DNA of 64,000 nt, from NCBI GenBank assembly GCA_035498405.1, contig DATKAE010000032.1, positions 35,195 to 99,194 of the forward strand, given 5' to 3'. Shown here piece by piece: positions 38,777 to 47,908 of the stretch. The notes below the pieces were generated by a model. The model ran no database searches and was not told the origin of the DNA. It worked only from the letters and a program-made list of their open reading frames with translations. The DNA is from Thermoanaerobaculia bacterium. Lineage in GTDB: Bacteria; Acidobacteriota; Thermoanaerobaculia; UBA5066; Gp7-AA6. Positions within the stretch are counted from its first letter, which is position 1, and each line of letters starts with the position of its first letter. The position numbers and the translations under genes were made by a program.

Positions 38777-39897
38777 ACCCGATAGGTCTTGTACGGCTTT
38801 CCGCCCCAGAGCCGCATCCCCCGAACCATCAGGTCGTTTTCCTCGAGGACCCAGGAAACCTCGCAGCCGGTGTAGCCGCGCTCGAGCGCCGTGCGCACAC
38901 TCTGCTCGAAGAGAAGAGACTGCAATCCACGCGATCGGTACTCCTTCTTGACGCCGAAGGCCAGCACCCGAACCGTGCGGATTCGTCGCGTGCCCAGGAG
39001 AAACTTCAGCCATCCGAACGGCAGGAGGCGCCCCTTGAGCGGGGCCATCGCCGTGTTGTAGTCGGGCAAGGTCAGCATGAAGGCGACCGGCTCGCGAGCT
39101 CCGTCAGGCCCCACGAACTCGCCCAGAAGCGTGAACCCCTCGACGAGAAGCGGCTTCAACCGCATGGCCATGTAATCCATCTCCTCAGGCGTCATCGGGA
39201 CGAATCCCCAATTCTTCTCCCACGCCGCGTTGTAGACCTCGCGCACGCGCGGCAGATCCCGCTTCAAGCTCCCCTTGGTGACCTTGTGAACTTGAAAACC
39301 CTGCTCGTTCCGTCGGACGCGCTCGTTGATCTTCTGGAAACGCTTGATCGGCTCCGGACCGATGTCGAACCAGAAGGCGAGCAGGTCCTTTGCCTTCCGA
39401 AGGCCCGCGCCTTCGCACAGGGCCGGGTAGTAACGCGGGTTGTAGGTCATCATCAGAACGGGCGCCGAGTCGAACCCCTCCACGAGCAGCCCCACCTCGT
39501 CGTTGAGCGAGGGGTTGACCGGGCCGCGCAGAGTCGCCATCTTCCGCTCTCGGACCCATAAGGCGGCCGCATCGAAGAGCGCCTGCGCGACCGCCGGATC
39601 ATTCACCGACTCGAAGTAGCCGAAGAAGCCCGTCTTCTCGCCCTGGAACTCATTGTGGTGGCGATCCAGGATCGCCGCGATCCGGCCCACATCGACCCCA
39701 CCGCGTCGCGCCAGGAAGAGCTGCATCTCGGCGTGCCGGAAAAAGGGGTTGTCCAGGACGAAAACCTTCGCCAAGTCGGCGCGGATCGGGGGCACCCAGT
39801 GCGGGTCGCCGGCGTAGATCGCGTCGGCGACGTCGAAGAACCGGTCTAGCTCCCTACGGCTCCGCCCGATTCGTTCGATTGCGATCGCCTGGCTCAT
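38734..39897 (-). CDS. GNAT-fold N-acyltransferase of about 387 aa (candidate bacterial ceramide-synthase-like enzyme)
   Basis: A large two-lobed protein with a C-terminal GNAT core (LAFGVKKEYRSRGLQSLLFEQSVRTALERGYTGCEVSWVLEENDLM). It is the last gene of the spt-containing operon. Confidence 0.6.
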   Translation of the reverse strand: MSQAIAIERIGRSRRELDRFFDVADAIYAGDPHWVPPIRADLAKVFVLDNPFFRHAEMQLFLARRGGVDVGRIAAILDRHHNEFQGEKTGFFGYFESVNDPAVAQALFDAAALWVRERKMATLRGPVNPSLNDEVGLLVEGFDSAPVLMMTYNPRYYPALCEGAGLRKAKDLLAFWFDIGPEPIKRFQKINERVRRNEQGFQVHKVTKGSLKRDLPRVREVYNAAWEKNWGFVPMTPEEMDYMAMRLKPLLVEGFTLLGEFVGPDGAREPVAFMLTLPDYNTAMAPLKGRLLPFGWLKFLLGTRRIRTVRVLAFGVKKEYRSRGLQSLLFEQSVRTALERGYTGCEVSWVLEENDLMVRGMRLWGGKPYKTYRVYEKELSPESARRS

Positions 39898-39918
39898 CCG
39901 GTGCGGAGAGAGAGGCGG

Positions 39919-41175
39919 TCAGACAGTGGCAGTCTGAAGCACGCCGACTTGGCGGCCAACGCGCGCAAAGGTGTCGAGGGCGCGTGAAAGTTGGTCGCGT
40001 GTGTGCGTCGCCATCAGGGACGTTCGGATCAGCGCTCTGCCCGGCGGCGTCGCGGGCGACAGCACGCAGTTGACGAAGATCCCCTCTTCTTGGAGGCGTT
40101 GCACCATCTTCAGGGCGACGAGATCCTCGCCGACGACCACCGGAACGACCGGTGTCTGCGAGTCACCCGTGTCGAATCCCAGGGATCGGAGTCCGCTGGC
40201 GAAGAACCGCGTGTTCTCCCACAGCCACTGTCGCCTCTCCGGCTCGTGCTCCATGATTTCGACCGTGGCGAGCGCGGCGGCCACCGAAGCCGGCGGCGGT
40301 GCGGCCGAAAACATCATCGAACGGGCGCGGTGCTTGATGTAGTCGATGACGACGGCATCGCCCGCGATGAACCCGCCGACGGAAGCCATCGACTTGGAGA
40401 ACGTGCCCATGATCAAGTCGACCTCGTCCTCGAGACCGAAGTGCTCGGCGGTGCCCCGCCCCGTCGGTCCGAGCACGCCGATCCCGTGGGCATCGTCGAC
40501 CATCAGGCCCGCTTCGAATTCACGCGCGGCAACGACGAGCTCCGGAAGGGGCGCGACATCCCCCTCCATCGAGAACACGCCGTCCACGACGATGAATCGC
40601 CCCTTCGCGTCCGTGTCGTTCTTCATCTGCCGCCGCAGATCCGCGACATCGCAGTGCCGGAACTTGCAGATCTCGCCGAAGGAGAGCCGTGCCCCGTCGA
40701 TGATGCAGGCGTGGTCCTGTTTATCGAGATAGACGGTGTCCCCTTTTCCCACCAGGCAGGAAATCGCGCCCAGATTCACCTGGAAGCCGGTAGCAAAGAT
40801 GATCGCTGCCTCCTTCCGGATGAACTCGGCCAGCCTTTCCTCGAGCTTGACGTGCAGGTCGAGCGTTCCGTTCAGAAAGCGGCTGCCGGCACAACCCGAG
40901 CCGTACTTGCGGATCGCCTCGATGGCCGCCTCCTTGACCCGGGGATCGTTGGTGAGGCCGAGGTAGTTGTTGGAGCCCAGCATCAGCAGGCGCCGCCCGC
41001 CCATCAAGACTTCCGGGTCCTGCGCCGATTCCACGACTCGGAAGAACGAATAGACGCCTGCCCGGCGGATCCGTCCCGCGTCGTCGTACCGTTCACATTT
41101 TTCGAAGAACGGGGAAGATCGCACCACTCCCCCCCTGGCCGCTGCGGCAGCGAGCTTGGTCATTCTCTCTCCCAC
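39919..41175 (-). CDS. spt: serine palmitoyltransferase-like alpha-oxoamine synthase (PLP-dependent)
   Basis: Collinear similarity to bacterial SPT rather than BioF/Kbl: LMLGSNNYLGLTNDPRVKEAAIEAIRKYGSGCAGSRFLNGT; PLP-lysine motif GTFSKSMASVGGF; FSAAPPPASVAAALATVEIM; FVNCVLSPATPPGRALIRTSLMATHT. Confidence 0.7.
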   Translation of the reverse strand: MGERMTKLAAAAARGGVVRSSPFFEKCERYDDAGRIRRAGVYSFFRVVESAQDPEVLMGGRRLLMLGSNNYLGLTNDPRVKEAAIEAIRKYGSGCAGSRFLNGTLDLHVKLEERLAEFIRKEAAIIFATGFQVNLGAISCLVGKGDTVYLDKQDHACIIDGARLSFGEICKFRHCDVADLRRQMKNDTDAKGRFIVVDGVFSMEGDVAPLPELVVAAREFEAGLMVDDAHGIGVLGPTGRGTAEHFGLEDEVDLIMGTFSKSMASVGGFIAGDAVVIDYIKHRARSMMFSAAPPPASVAAALATVEIMEHEPERRQWLWENTRFFASGLRSLGFDTGDSQTPVVPVVVGEDLVALKMVQRLQEEGIFVNCVLSPATPPGRALIRTSLMATHTRDQLSRALDTFARVGRQVGVLQTATV

Positions 41176-41215
41176 CTTCGAGGACTAAAAACGCTCCATT
41201 GGATCTTAGCAAATT

Positions 41216-42202
41216 TTACAAATTCAACCACCCCTGGCGGGAGTACCAATCCCAGGTTTCACGAAGCCCCGATTGCAGCGGCAACGGGGGCGGCAGCTCC
41301 AGTTCCTGGCGCAGCCCCGCCTCGCAAGTCCATTCCCCTGCAAGGAGTTCCCGTGCCTTGTCGGCGTTGAAGGCCCGCGACCGTCCTGTCAGTTTCTCGC
41401 GCAGCGTTTCAGCGAGTCCGAGGGCTCTTACGGCCGCCCCGGGGACTGGAAAGAGCCGCGCTCTCTTGGCCGGCAGGCTCGCGATGCATGCGGCGAGCGC
41501 ACCGACGGTGACCGGCTCGGGGTCGCAAAGGAAGGCCGTCCGGCCGTGGAGATCACGGCGACCCGCTGCCCGCGCGACCGCCATGGAAACCTGGGCCGCT
41601 GCGCCGATCTGGATGTGAGAGGAGGCGGCCGGCACGGGCAGCCACCCGGAGCTCGCCATCCGAAAGTATGCGAGCAGTCCCCTGTCTCCCGGGCCATAGA
41701 TCACGCCGGGCCGGAGGACGACCCACGGCCCCTTCCAGCCCGCCCGCAGCGCCGCCTCTCCCTCGAGCTTCGAGATTCCGTACCAGGAGACGGGCCGCGC
41801 GGGGTCATCGGGACCCACGGGTCGTCCTTCGCGTGCCGGTCCCGCGGCGGCTTGGCTCGATACCAGCACGAACATCGCTTCGGCGGCCACACCCGCCGCG
41901 GCGGCGAGCAGGCGCTGCGTGCCCCGAAGGTTCACTTCTCGGTACTCTTCCAACGTCCGCGCTTTGAGCCGGCCCGCCGCGTGGACGACCGCGTCGCACC
42001 CCGAAGCGGCCGAGGCAAGATCCGCCCCCGAGGACAGGTCGGCGCGAACGATTTCCAGGGGGAGGCCCTCGAGCAGAGGCGACCGCGACGGATCCCCGCG
42101 GGCGAGCGCCCTGACATGCCATCCCTCGGCAATCAGGGCGCGTGCAAGATGCCCGCCGACAAATCCGGTGGCGCCGGTCAGGAGGGCGAGCCGGGTGGCC
42201 AT
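41216..42202 (-). CDS. NAD(P)-dependent epimerase/dehydratase-family (extended SDR) oxidoreductase; candidate 3-ketodihydrosphingosine/ceramide reductase
   Basis: Rossmann motif LLTGATGFVGGHL; catalytic YxxxK (YGISK). Confidence 0.75.
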   Translation of the reverse strand: MATRLALLTGATGFVGGHLARALIAEGWHVRALARGDPSRSPLLEGLPLEIVRADLSSGADLASAASGCDAVVHAAGRLKARTLEEYREVNLRGTQRLLAAAAGVAAEAMFVLVSSQAAAGPAREGRPVGPDDPARPVSWYGISKLEGEAALRAGWKGPWVVLRPGVIYGPGDRGLLAYFRMASSGWLPVPAASSHIQIGAAAQVSMAVARAAGRRDLHGRTAFLCDPEPVTVGALAACIASLPAKRARLFPVPGAAVRALGLAETLREKLTGRSRAFNADKARELLAGEWTCEAGLRQELELPPPLPLQSGLRETWDWYSRQGWLNL

Positions 42203-42230
42203 CGTCGCGGGTGCGAAAGCAGGGCGCTCC

Positions 42231-43421
42231 TCAGTTTGCCGACCACGCCGCCAGGCGCCGTATCCCCTCCTCTACCCTCTCCATGCCGGTCGCAAACGAG
42301 AAGCGCACGCACGCATCATTCCCAAAGGCATCGCCGGGCACCGCCGCCACGCGCGCTTCCCGCAAGAGACGCTCGCAGAAGGAGGCCGAGCCGGAGACCC
42401 CCTTCGGCCCGAACAGAGCCGACACGTCGGCGAACGCGTAGAAAGAGCCCTGCGGCCAGCAGGCGCGCACGCCTCGGATCCCCTGCAGGCCCTCGATCAT
42501 CGCTTTCCGCCTCCGCGTGTATTGAGCCAGCATCTCGCCAACCGACCGTTCGGTTCGCTCCGGGTCTTTCAAGGCCGCGAGAACGGCGGCCTGCGAGATC
42601 GAGGAGGCGTTCGAGGTCGAGTGGCTCTGGAAGGACGTCATCGCCGCAACGATGTCCTGCGGCCCCGCGGCCCAGCCCAGACGCCAGCCGGTCATGGCGT
42701 AAGTCTTGGACGCCGCGCCGGTGACGACGACTCGGTCGCGGTGCTCGGCAAACGCCGCGGCCGAAACATGCCGGTGGTCGTCGTAGAGGAATCGGTCGTA
42801 GGTTTCATCGAAGATCAGGAAGGCGTCGTGCGACGCACACCAGTCGAGGAGACGCCCGATCTCTTCGGGGGGTGTGACGGCCCCGGTCGGGTTGTTCGGG
42901 GAGTTGACGATGACGCCGCGGATCGGCTCCGTCGCCGAAGCGGCGAGTCGTTGGGCGGTGACCTGCCATCCCGAGTCGAGATCCGTCGAGACCAGAACGG
43001 GCTCCGCACCGGATAGGCGAACGATCTCCGGGAAGGAGACCCAATACGGAGAGAAGATCGCGACCCGATCGCCCTCCTGGAAGAGAGCCTGGCACGCATT
43101 GAAGACCGCCTGCTTGGCCCCCGCCGTCACCACCACATTCTCGCGAGCAAAGCCGGCGCCCTGCTCGTTCCGGTATTTCTCGGCGATCGCGTCCCGCAGC
43201 GCGGGCTCGCCCGCGACGTCCGTGTACTTCGTTCGGCCCGCACCGATGGCGGCGACCCCGGCCTCCGCGACGAACCGCGGCGTGGCGAAGTCCGGCTCCC
43301 CGAGACCGAAGTCCACCACGTCCGCGCCCGATGCCGCCAGGGCCTTCGCGGCCCGGGCGACGGCGGCGGTCGACGACGGCCGAAGCTCGACGGCTCGCTT
43401 CGACAGCCGGGGGTGGCTCAT
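42231..43421 (-). CDS. class-I aminotransferase (aspartate aminotransferase family)
   Basis: 396 aa from internal ATG (MSHPRLSKRAVEL...). Signatures: NSPNNPTG, PLP-Lys region VVVTGAASKTYAMTGWRLGW. Confidence 0.8.
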   Translation of the reverse strand: MSHPRLSKRAVELRPSSTAAVARAAKALAASGADVVDFGLGEPDFATPRFVAEAGVAAIGAGRTKYTDVAGEPALRDAIAEKYRNEQGAGFARENVVVTAGAKQAVFNACQALFQEGDRVAIFSPYWVSFPEIVRLSGAEPVLVSTDLDSGWQVTAQRLAASATEPIRGVIVNSPNNPTGAVTPPEEIGRLLDWCASHDAFLIFDETYDRFLYDDHRHVSAAAFAEHRDRVVVTGAASKTYAMTGWRLGWAAGPQDIVAAMTSFQSHSTSNASSISQAAVLAALKDPERTERSVGEMLAQYTRRRKAMIEGLQGIRGVRACWPQGSFYAFADVSALFGPKGVSGSASFCERLLREARVAAVPGDAFGNDACVRFSFATGMERVEEGIRRLAAWSAN

Positions 43422-44614
43422 CGGCGCCCCTTCCACGTGCGCGAAAACGCCGCGAAGGCCAGGATCCTCTTCCGGCCGACGGCGACCAGCATCAGCTCCG
43501 CTCCGATCCATCCACCATACACGTACAGCATCACATGACGCGACGCGGGAACCAAGAACTGGATCAGCCACAAGAGGAATAGGCCGATCGCCTCGTACGC
43601 CTCGAGATCCATCGAGGCCAGGAAGATCCAGCCGAGAAACGCCTGCAGGATCGTCAGCAGAATCTCGCTTCGCTGGAAGGCGTCGAAGGGGAGCGGCTCG
43701 CTCGAGCCGTGAGACCAACAATAGATGACCGCGAGCAGTCCCGAGAGGATTCCCCACTGATTGATGTTGGAGGAGACCATGTTCATCAGAGCGACAGGGG
43801 CCCTGGTCACACGGCGCGCCCAAGCGAAGGCGGACGTCTTCTCGGGGAACTCCGACAGAAACGGGGCCACCCATTGAATGAACACGAATTGCGAAATGCC
43901 GAGGCCGGTGGCCAGGGCCAGCATGGAGCGCAGAAACGGCTCGGCCACGAAGAAGATCACGGCGCCCCCTCCCCCGAGCAGCAAGAGAACCGCCCCCCAC
44001 CGTTTGGCTCCCCGATGCGACAGGGCCCAGCGGGAGACGGCGGGGATCTCCTCGTCCTGCTCGAGTGTTTCCTCACGCGGCGGAATGCGCAGCAGCACGG
44101 CGAGGTAGATGACGTACGTCGCCGCCAAGACGACGGCGTCCACGAGCGAGAGACTCCCCTTCGCCCAAACGACGACGAAATAGGCCAAGGGCGGAAGCAA
44201 CCCCAACACCTCGATCGCATGATCGTCGGAGAGCCGCAAGGTGCCCAACCGCTGGGACCGCCGCTTGCGGGAGTAGTACGCCGCAACCGCGTAGATCATG
44301 GGCCAACCGAGTCCCGTCAGAAGTCGGAGACTGCCGGTGAAGTTCGCAATCGCCAGATGGACCATCTCGGGATTCTTGCCGGCCTTCCAGGCGATCACCG
44401 CCTCGACCGCGAACTCCGGAGCGGTCTGAATCAGGGCGAGGACAGCCAGCGCGAGCCCTTGCGACATCAGGAACTCCGCCGCCTCGGCTCCCCAGGCGAC
44501 GAGGAACGCGGAGCCGATCATGGCCGGGAAGGTCCAGAGGGCCGAGAGGGGTGTGCCGGCCGCGGCACCGTGGCCCGCGAGGGCGGCGGGCAGACTCGCC
44601 CGCGGTCGCTTCAT
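43418..44614 (-). CDS. polytopic membrane protein, possible CaCA-like cation exchanger
   Basis: About 11 TM segments. Two internal repeats with alpha-repeat-like motifs (IQTAPEFAVEAV and IQWVAPFLSEFPE). ATGA overlap with the aminotransferase start. Family call is tentative. Confidence 0.45.
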   Translation of the reverse strand: MKRPRASLPAALAGHGAAAGTPLSALWTFPAMIGSAFLVAWGAEAAEFLMSQGLALAVLALIQTAPEFAVEAVIAWKAGKNPEMVHLAIANFTGSLRLLTGLGWPMIYAVAAYYSRKRRSQRLGTLRLSDDHAIEVLGLLPPLAYFVVVWAKGSLSLVDAVVLAATYVIYLAVLLRIPPREETLEQDEEIPAVSRWALSHRGAKRWGAVLLLLGGGGAVIFFVAEPFLRSMLALATGLGISQFVFIQWVAPFLSEFPEKTSAFAWARRVTRAPVALMNMVSSNINQWGILSGLLAVIYCWSHGSSEPLPFDAFQRSEILLTILQAFLGWIFLASMDLEAYEAIGLFLLWLIQFLVPASRHVMLYVYGGWIGAELMLVAVGRKRILAFAAFSRTWKGRR

Positions 44615-44630
44615 CGCGGCGGGTTATAGC

Positions 44631-45440
44631 ATGCGAGATATGCCCGGCATCGAGTCTGCCTCGAATCCACTCATTCGCGAGATTCTCCGGTCGATCGAGA
44701 ATCGCACCCACTTCCTGCTCGAAGGCGAGAAGCCGATCCTCGAGGCGGTCGCCGCGGGTCTGGGACTCGAGCATGTGCTTCACGACGAGAGCGTGCGGCC
44801 GGGCCGGCTGGCGGCCGCGGCCGCGGCGCGGCCGAAGCTCGTGTCCCGCGGCGTGCTCGAGCGTCTAGCCGAGACGAAGACGCCTCAGCACTTGCTGGCT
44901 GTGGTCCGCCGGCGCGACCTGCCCGTGGCCGAGATCCTCGGCCGTCCGGGACCGGTCGTCTTTCTCTTCGGCTTGCAAGATCCCGGCAATCTCGGCGCCG
45001 TCGTTCGCGTCGCCGAGGCCACCGGATGCGCGGGTGTGTTGACGGCGGCGGGGTCGGCGGACTTCTTTCATCCGCGCGCCGTCCGCGCGAGCGCCGGCAG
45101 CGTCTTGCGTATCCCGGTCTCGGGAAGGGTCTCCTTCGAACCCTTCGCTCGGGACGCCAAGGAGGCGGGGCGGCTTCTCTGCGGTGCCGTCCCATCGGGC
45201 GGTGAGGACCCCTTTGGGGCGCCGCTGCCGGCGGCCTCTGTCCTCGTGATCGGATCGGAGGGAACGGGGCTGCCGGCAGGCGCCTACCGTTATCTCGACC
45301 GGCGCGTCACGATTCCGATGCAGGCGCCGGTTGATTCCCTGAATGCGGCCGTTGCCGCGGCCCTGGTCCTTTATGCGGCCAAGTTGGCGGTCGCCTCCCC
45401 CGCTCTCTCGGGAGCGGAGTCTCGCGACGGGCCGAGTTAG
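44631..45440 (+). CDS. TrmH/SpoU-family RNA 2'-O-methyltransferase
   Basis: SPOUT motifs: VVFLFGLQDPGNLGAVVRVAEATGCAGVL, VLVIGSEGTGLP, IPMQAPVDSLNAAVAAALVLY. Confidence 0.75.
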   Translation: MRDMPGIESASNPLIREILRSIENRTHFLLEGEKPILEAVAAGLGLEHVLHDESVRPGRLAAAAAARPKLVSRGVLERLAETKTPQHLLAVVRRRDLPVAEILGRPGPVVFLFGLQDPGNLGAVVRVAEATGCAGVLTAAGSADFFHPRAVRASAGSVLRIPVSGRVSFEPFARDAKEAGRLLCGAVPSGGEDPFGAPLPAASVLVIGSEGTGLPAGAYRYLDRRVTIPMQAPVDSLNAAVAAALVLYAAKLAVASPALSGAESRDGPS

Positions 45441-45499
45441 AGATGGAGGCTTTCCTTTCGGCGCCACGAACTTCTTTTGTCGATTGTCGATCCCGCGGC

Positions 45500-46060
45500 T
45501 CATTCTTCGAACACCTCCGCCTGAAACTTCCAGAACCGCACCTCGGGCCGCCGCCAGGCGTCCGGCGGAAGGCCGGCCTTTCGGCACGTCTCCTGAAGAA
45601 ACCTCGTCGGGGAAAAGCCCCACTCGGTCGCGACCTGCGGCAGCAGAAGGCCTCGACGTCCCCGGCCCTCGACGATCAACCCGTCGCGCCCGATGACGAT
45701 CTCGGCGAGTTCCTCCAGCGGCTGGGGCGCGGTCAGGACGGAGATCTCGATCTGGCAATCCGGCAGCTCCTCGGGCTCGAGGGGCGGAAAGCGCGGATCC
45801 TCGAAGGCGGCGCGCCGTGCAAACTCGGCGACGACTCGGGTCAGATCGCCTTCGGGCGAGAGTGTGCCAATGCAGCCCCGCAATTGGCCGCCGCGACGCA
45901 GAGTGACAAAGAGACCCCGCGGCTCCCCGAACGCCTCGGCGCGGTCCGAGGCCAGGCGAGGCGCCGGCTGGCCCCGGAAATGCGCCTCGAGGGATCCACG
46001 CGCGAGCTGGAGCAGGTCGCGCCGCGTCTCTTCCGAAAGGGGAGGCGGCAGTCCGCTCAT
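45500..46060 (-). CDS. AMMECR1-domain protein
   Basis: AMMECR1 hallmarks: PRGLFVTLRRGGQLRGCIGTL, conserved Cys, LLLPQVATEWGFSPTRFL. Confidence 0.8.
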   Translation of the reverse strand: MSGLPPPLSEETRRDLLQLARGSLEAHFRGQPAPRLASDRAEAFGEPRGLFVTLRRGGQLRGCIGTLSPEGDLTRVVAEFARRAAFEDPRFPPLEPEELPDCQIEISVLTAPQPLEELAEIVIGRDGLIVEGRGRRGLLLPQVATEWGFSPTRFLQETCRKAGLPPDAWRRPEVRFWKFQAEVFEE

Positions 46061-46695
46061 GGCGCAGGCACGGCGGCGGGCTGCTCCGCGAGGAATCGCC
46101 GGATCGCCTCCTCGAGCGCGGGCAGCCTGCCCTCCAGAAAATGGTCGCCCGAAGCGATCTCGACGATTCGGCCGGAATCGCCGACGAATGCCCTGAGCAA
46201 TCCCGGCGGTCCGAAACCGTCCCGCTCGCCAACGACGAAGAGGGCGGGCACCTCCGGCAACGGGAGCTCACGGGCGGTCTCGGTTGCCAGCGGCAGGCCG
46301 ACGCCAATGTAGGCGGCGACCCTCGCGTCCCCGGCGATCGCCCGCAACGCCACCGCGGCTCCAAACGAAAAGCCGCCCGCGACCAGGGGGGCTCCGCCTC
46401 GCCGCTGCGCCTCGGCCATGGCGGCCCGAAAGTCTTCCATTTCCCCGCGCCCCTCGTCGTAGCGGCCCGCCGACAAGCCCACGCCTCGAAAGTTGAAACG
46501 GAGCGTGCCGTACCCGGCCCCGGCCAGGGCCTTGGCCGCCCGGTAGACGACCTTGTTGTGCAGCGTTCCGCCGTGGAGGGGGTGGGGATGAGCGAAGACC
46601 GCCGAACCGCACGGCCGGATCGCCGCCTCCCTCCAGAGTCCTTCCAGCGGGCCTTCCGGACCCGGAAAGACGACTGCCCGCAGTTTCCCTTCCAT
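46057..46695 (-). CDS. alpha/beta-hydrolase-fold protein (dienelactone-hydrolase-like)
   Basis: 212 aa from internal ATG. Nucleophile elbow GGFSFGAAVA; HGG oxyanion-type motif (HPHPLHGGT). ATGA overlap with the AMMECR1 start. Confidence 0.6.
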   Translation of the reverse strand: MEGKLRAVVFPGPEGPLEGLWREAAIRPCGSAVFAHPHPLHGGTLHNKVVYRAAKALAGAGYGTLRFNFRGVGLSAGRYDEGRGEMEDFRAAMAEAQRRGGAPLVAGGFSFGAAVALRAIAGDARVAAYIGVGLPLATETARELPLPEVPALFVVGERDGFGPPGLLRAFVGDSGRIVEIASGDHFLEGRLPALEEAIRRFLAEQPAAVPAP

Positions 46696-46785
46696 TTCTC
46701 GGGTCTCCGCGCGTTGGAGAAATCGAGCTCTCATCGTATCCTTCTGCGACCCGTCCGGGGAGTCCCTCAGCGGACAGGAGACAAC

Positions 46786-47841
46786 ATGAGAAAGGTCGTT
46801 CACATCGTCGGCACCGGCACGATTGGAGAACCGCTGATCGGCCTCTTCACCGACTTCGACAAGCACCTCGGTGTCGACGAGGTGACCTTCCACAAGCGGA
46901 CGCCGATGACGACGGAGCGGGCCAAGGTCAACCACCTCCTTCAACGCGGGGCCAAGCTCGCCGTCGATCCGGACAAGAAGACCGACTTCGAAGCCTTGGG
47001 GCATCACGTGTCTTACGAGGCCCAGGAGGCGCTCGAACGCGCCACGGTCGTCATCGACTGCACGCCCGCGGGCAACGAGAACAAGAAGGTGTACGAGAAG
47101 ATCTCCGGACCCCGGGGCTTCCTGGCTCAAGGCAGCGAGTTTGGCTTCGGCAAGCCCTACGCCATGGGGATCAACGACGAGGCGCTCCAGGCCGGCAAAG
47201 ACCGATTTCTCCAGATCGTGTCCTGCAACACCCACAACATTGCGGCCCTGGTCAAGACGCTCGGGGAGGACGGCGAGAGCGGGCCCATACTCGAACAGGG
47301 CAGATTTGTGTGCATGCGGCGGGCCAACGACGTCTCCCAGGACTCGAGCTTCGTTCCCGCGCCCTCCGCGGGCAAACACGACGACCCCCTCTATGGAACC
47401 CACCACGCAAGAGACGCCTCTCGTCTGCTCGAGACCATTGGCTGGAAGCCGAAGCTCTTTTCCTCTGCGATGAAGCTGAACACCCAGTACATGCACTGCC
47501 TCTGGTTCAACCTCGAGTTCAATCGCCCAACCACCCGCGAGAAGACGCTCGAGAAGCTGCGGGCCAATCGCCGCATCGCCCTGACCGAAAAGCGCTCCTC
47601 CAACCAGATCTTCTCCTTCGGCCGCGACCACGGCTATTACGGGCGGATCCTCTCCCAGGCGGTCGTCGCCTCTCCGACCGTGACCCTGAGCGGCGATCGC
47701 GAGGTCGTCGGATTCTGCTTCACCCCTCAGGACGGGAACTCCCTGGCTTCGTCAATCGTCGCCGCCTTGTGGCTCATGGAGGCGGGCTTCGATCGCCAAC
47801 GGCTGTCGGTGCTCGATCGCTTCTTCTTCCGCGAGATCTGA
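46786..47841 (+). CDS. archaeal-type (type II) glyceraldehyde-3-phosphate dehydrogenase-like NAD(P) oxidoreductase
   Basis: 351 aa. N-terminal Rossmann KVVHIVGTGTIGEPLI; catalytic-Cys motif QIVSCNTHNIAAL as in type II GAPDH (SCNTT). Length matches archaeal GapDH. Confidence 0.55.
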   Translation: MRKVVHIVGTGTIGEPLIGLFTDFDKHLGVDEVTFHKRTPMTTERAKVNHLLQRGAKLAVDPDKKTDFEALGHHVSYEAQEALERATVVIDCTPAGNENKKVYEKISGPRGFLAQGSEFGFGKPYAMGINDEALQAGKDRFLQIVSCNTHNIAALVKTLGEDGESGPILEQGRFVCMRRANDVSQDSSFVPAPSAGKHDDPLYGTHHARDASRLLETIGWKPKLFSSAMKLNTQYMHCLWFNLEFNRPTTREKTLEKLRANRRIALTEKRSSNQIFSFGRDHGYYGRILSQAVVASPTVTLSGDREVVGFCFTPQDGNSLASSIVAALWLMEAGFDRQRLSVLDRFFFREI

Positions 47842-47908
47842 GTCGCCCGCCCGCCGGCAGACCTGAACGGCGGGGCAGCGGGTTCCCTGGCCTGCCGACC
47901 GGCGGGCA

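Noticed and set aside
47842-47908. Long-range inverted repeat after the GAPDH-like gene as an intrinsic terminator
   Set aside because: Stem arms are imperfect, the loop is about 35 nt and there is no U-tract. Weak evidence.
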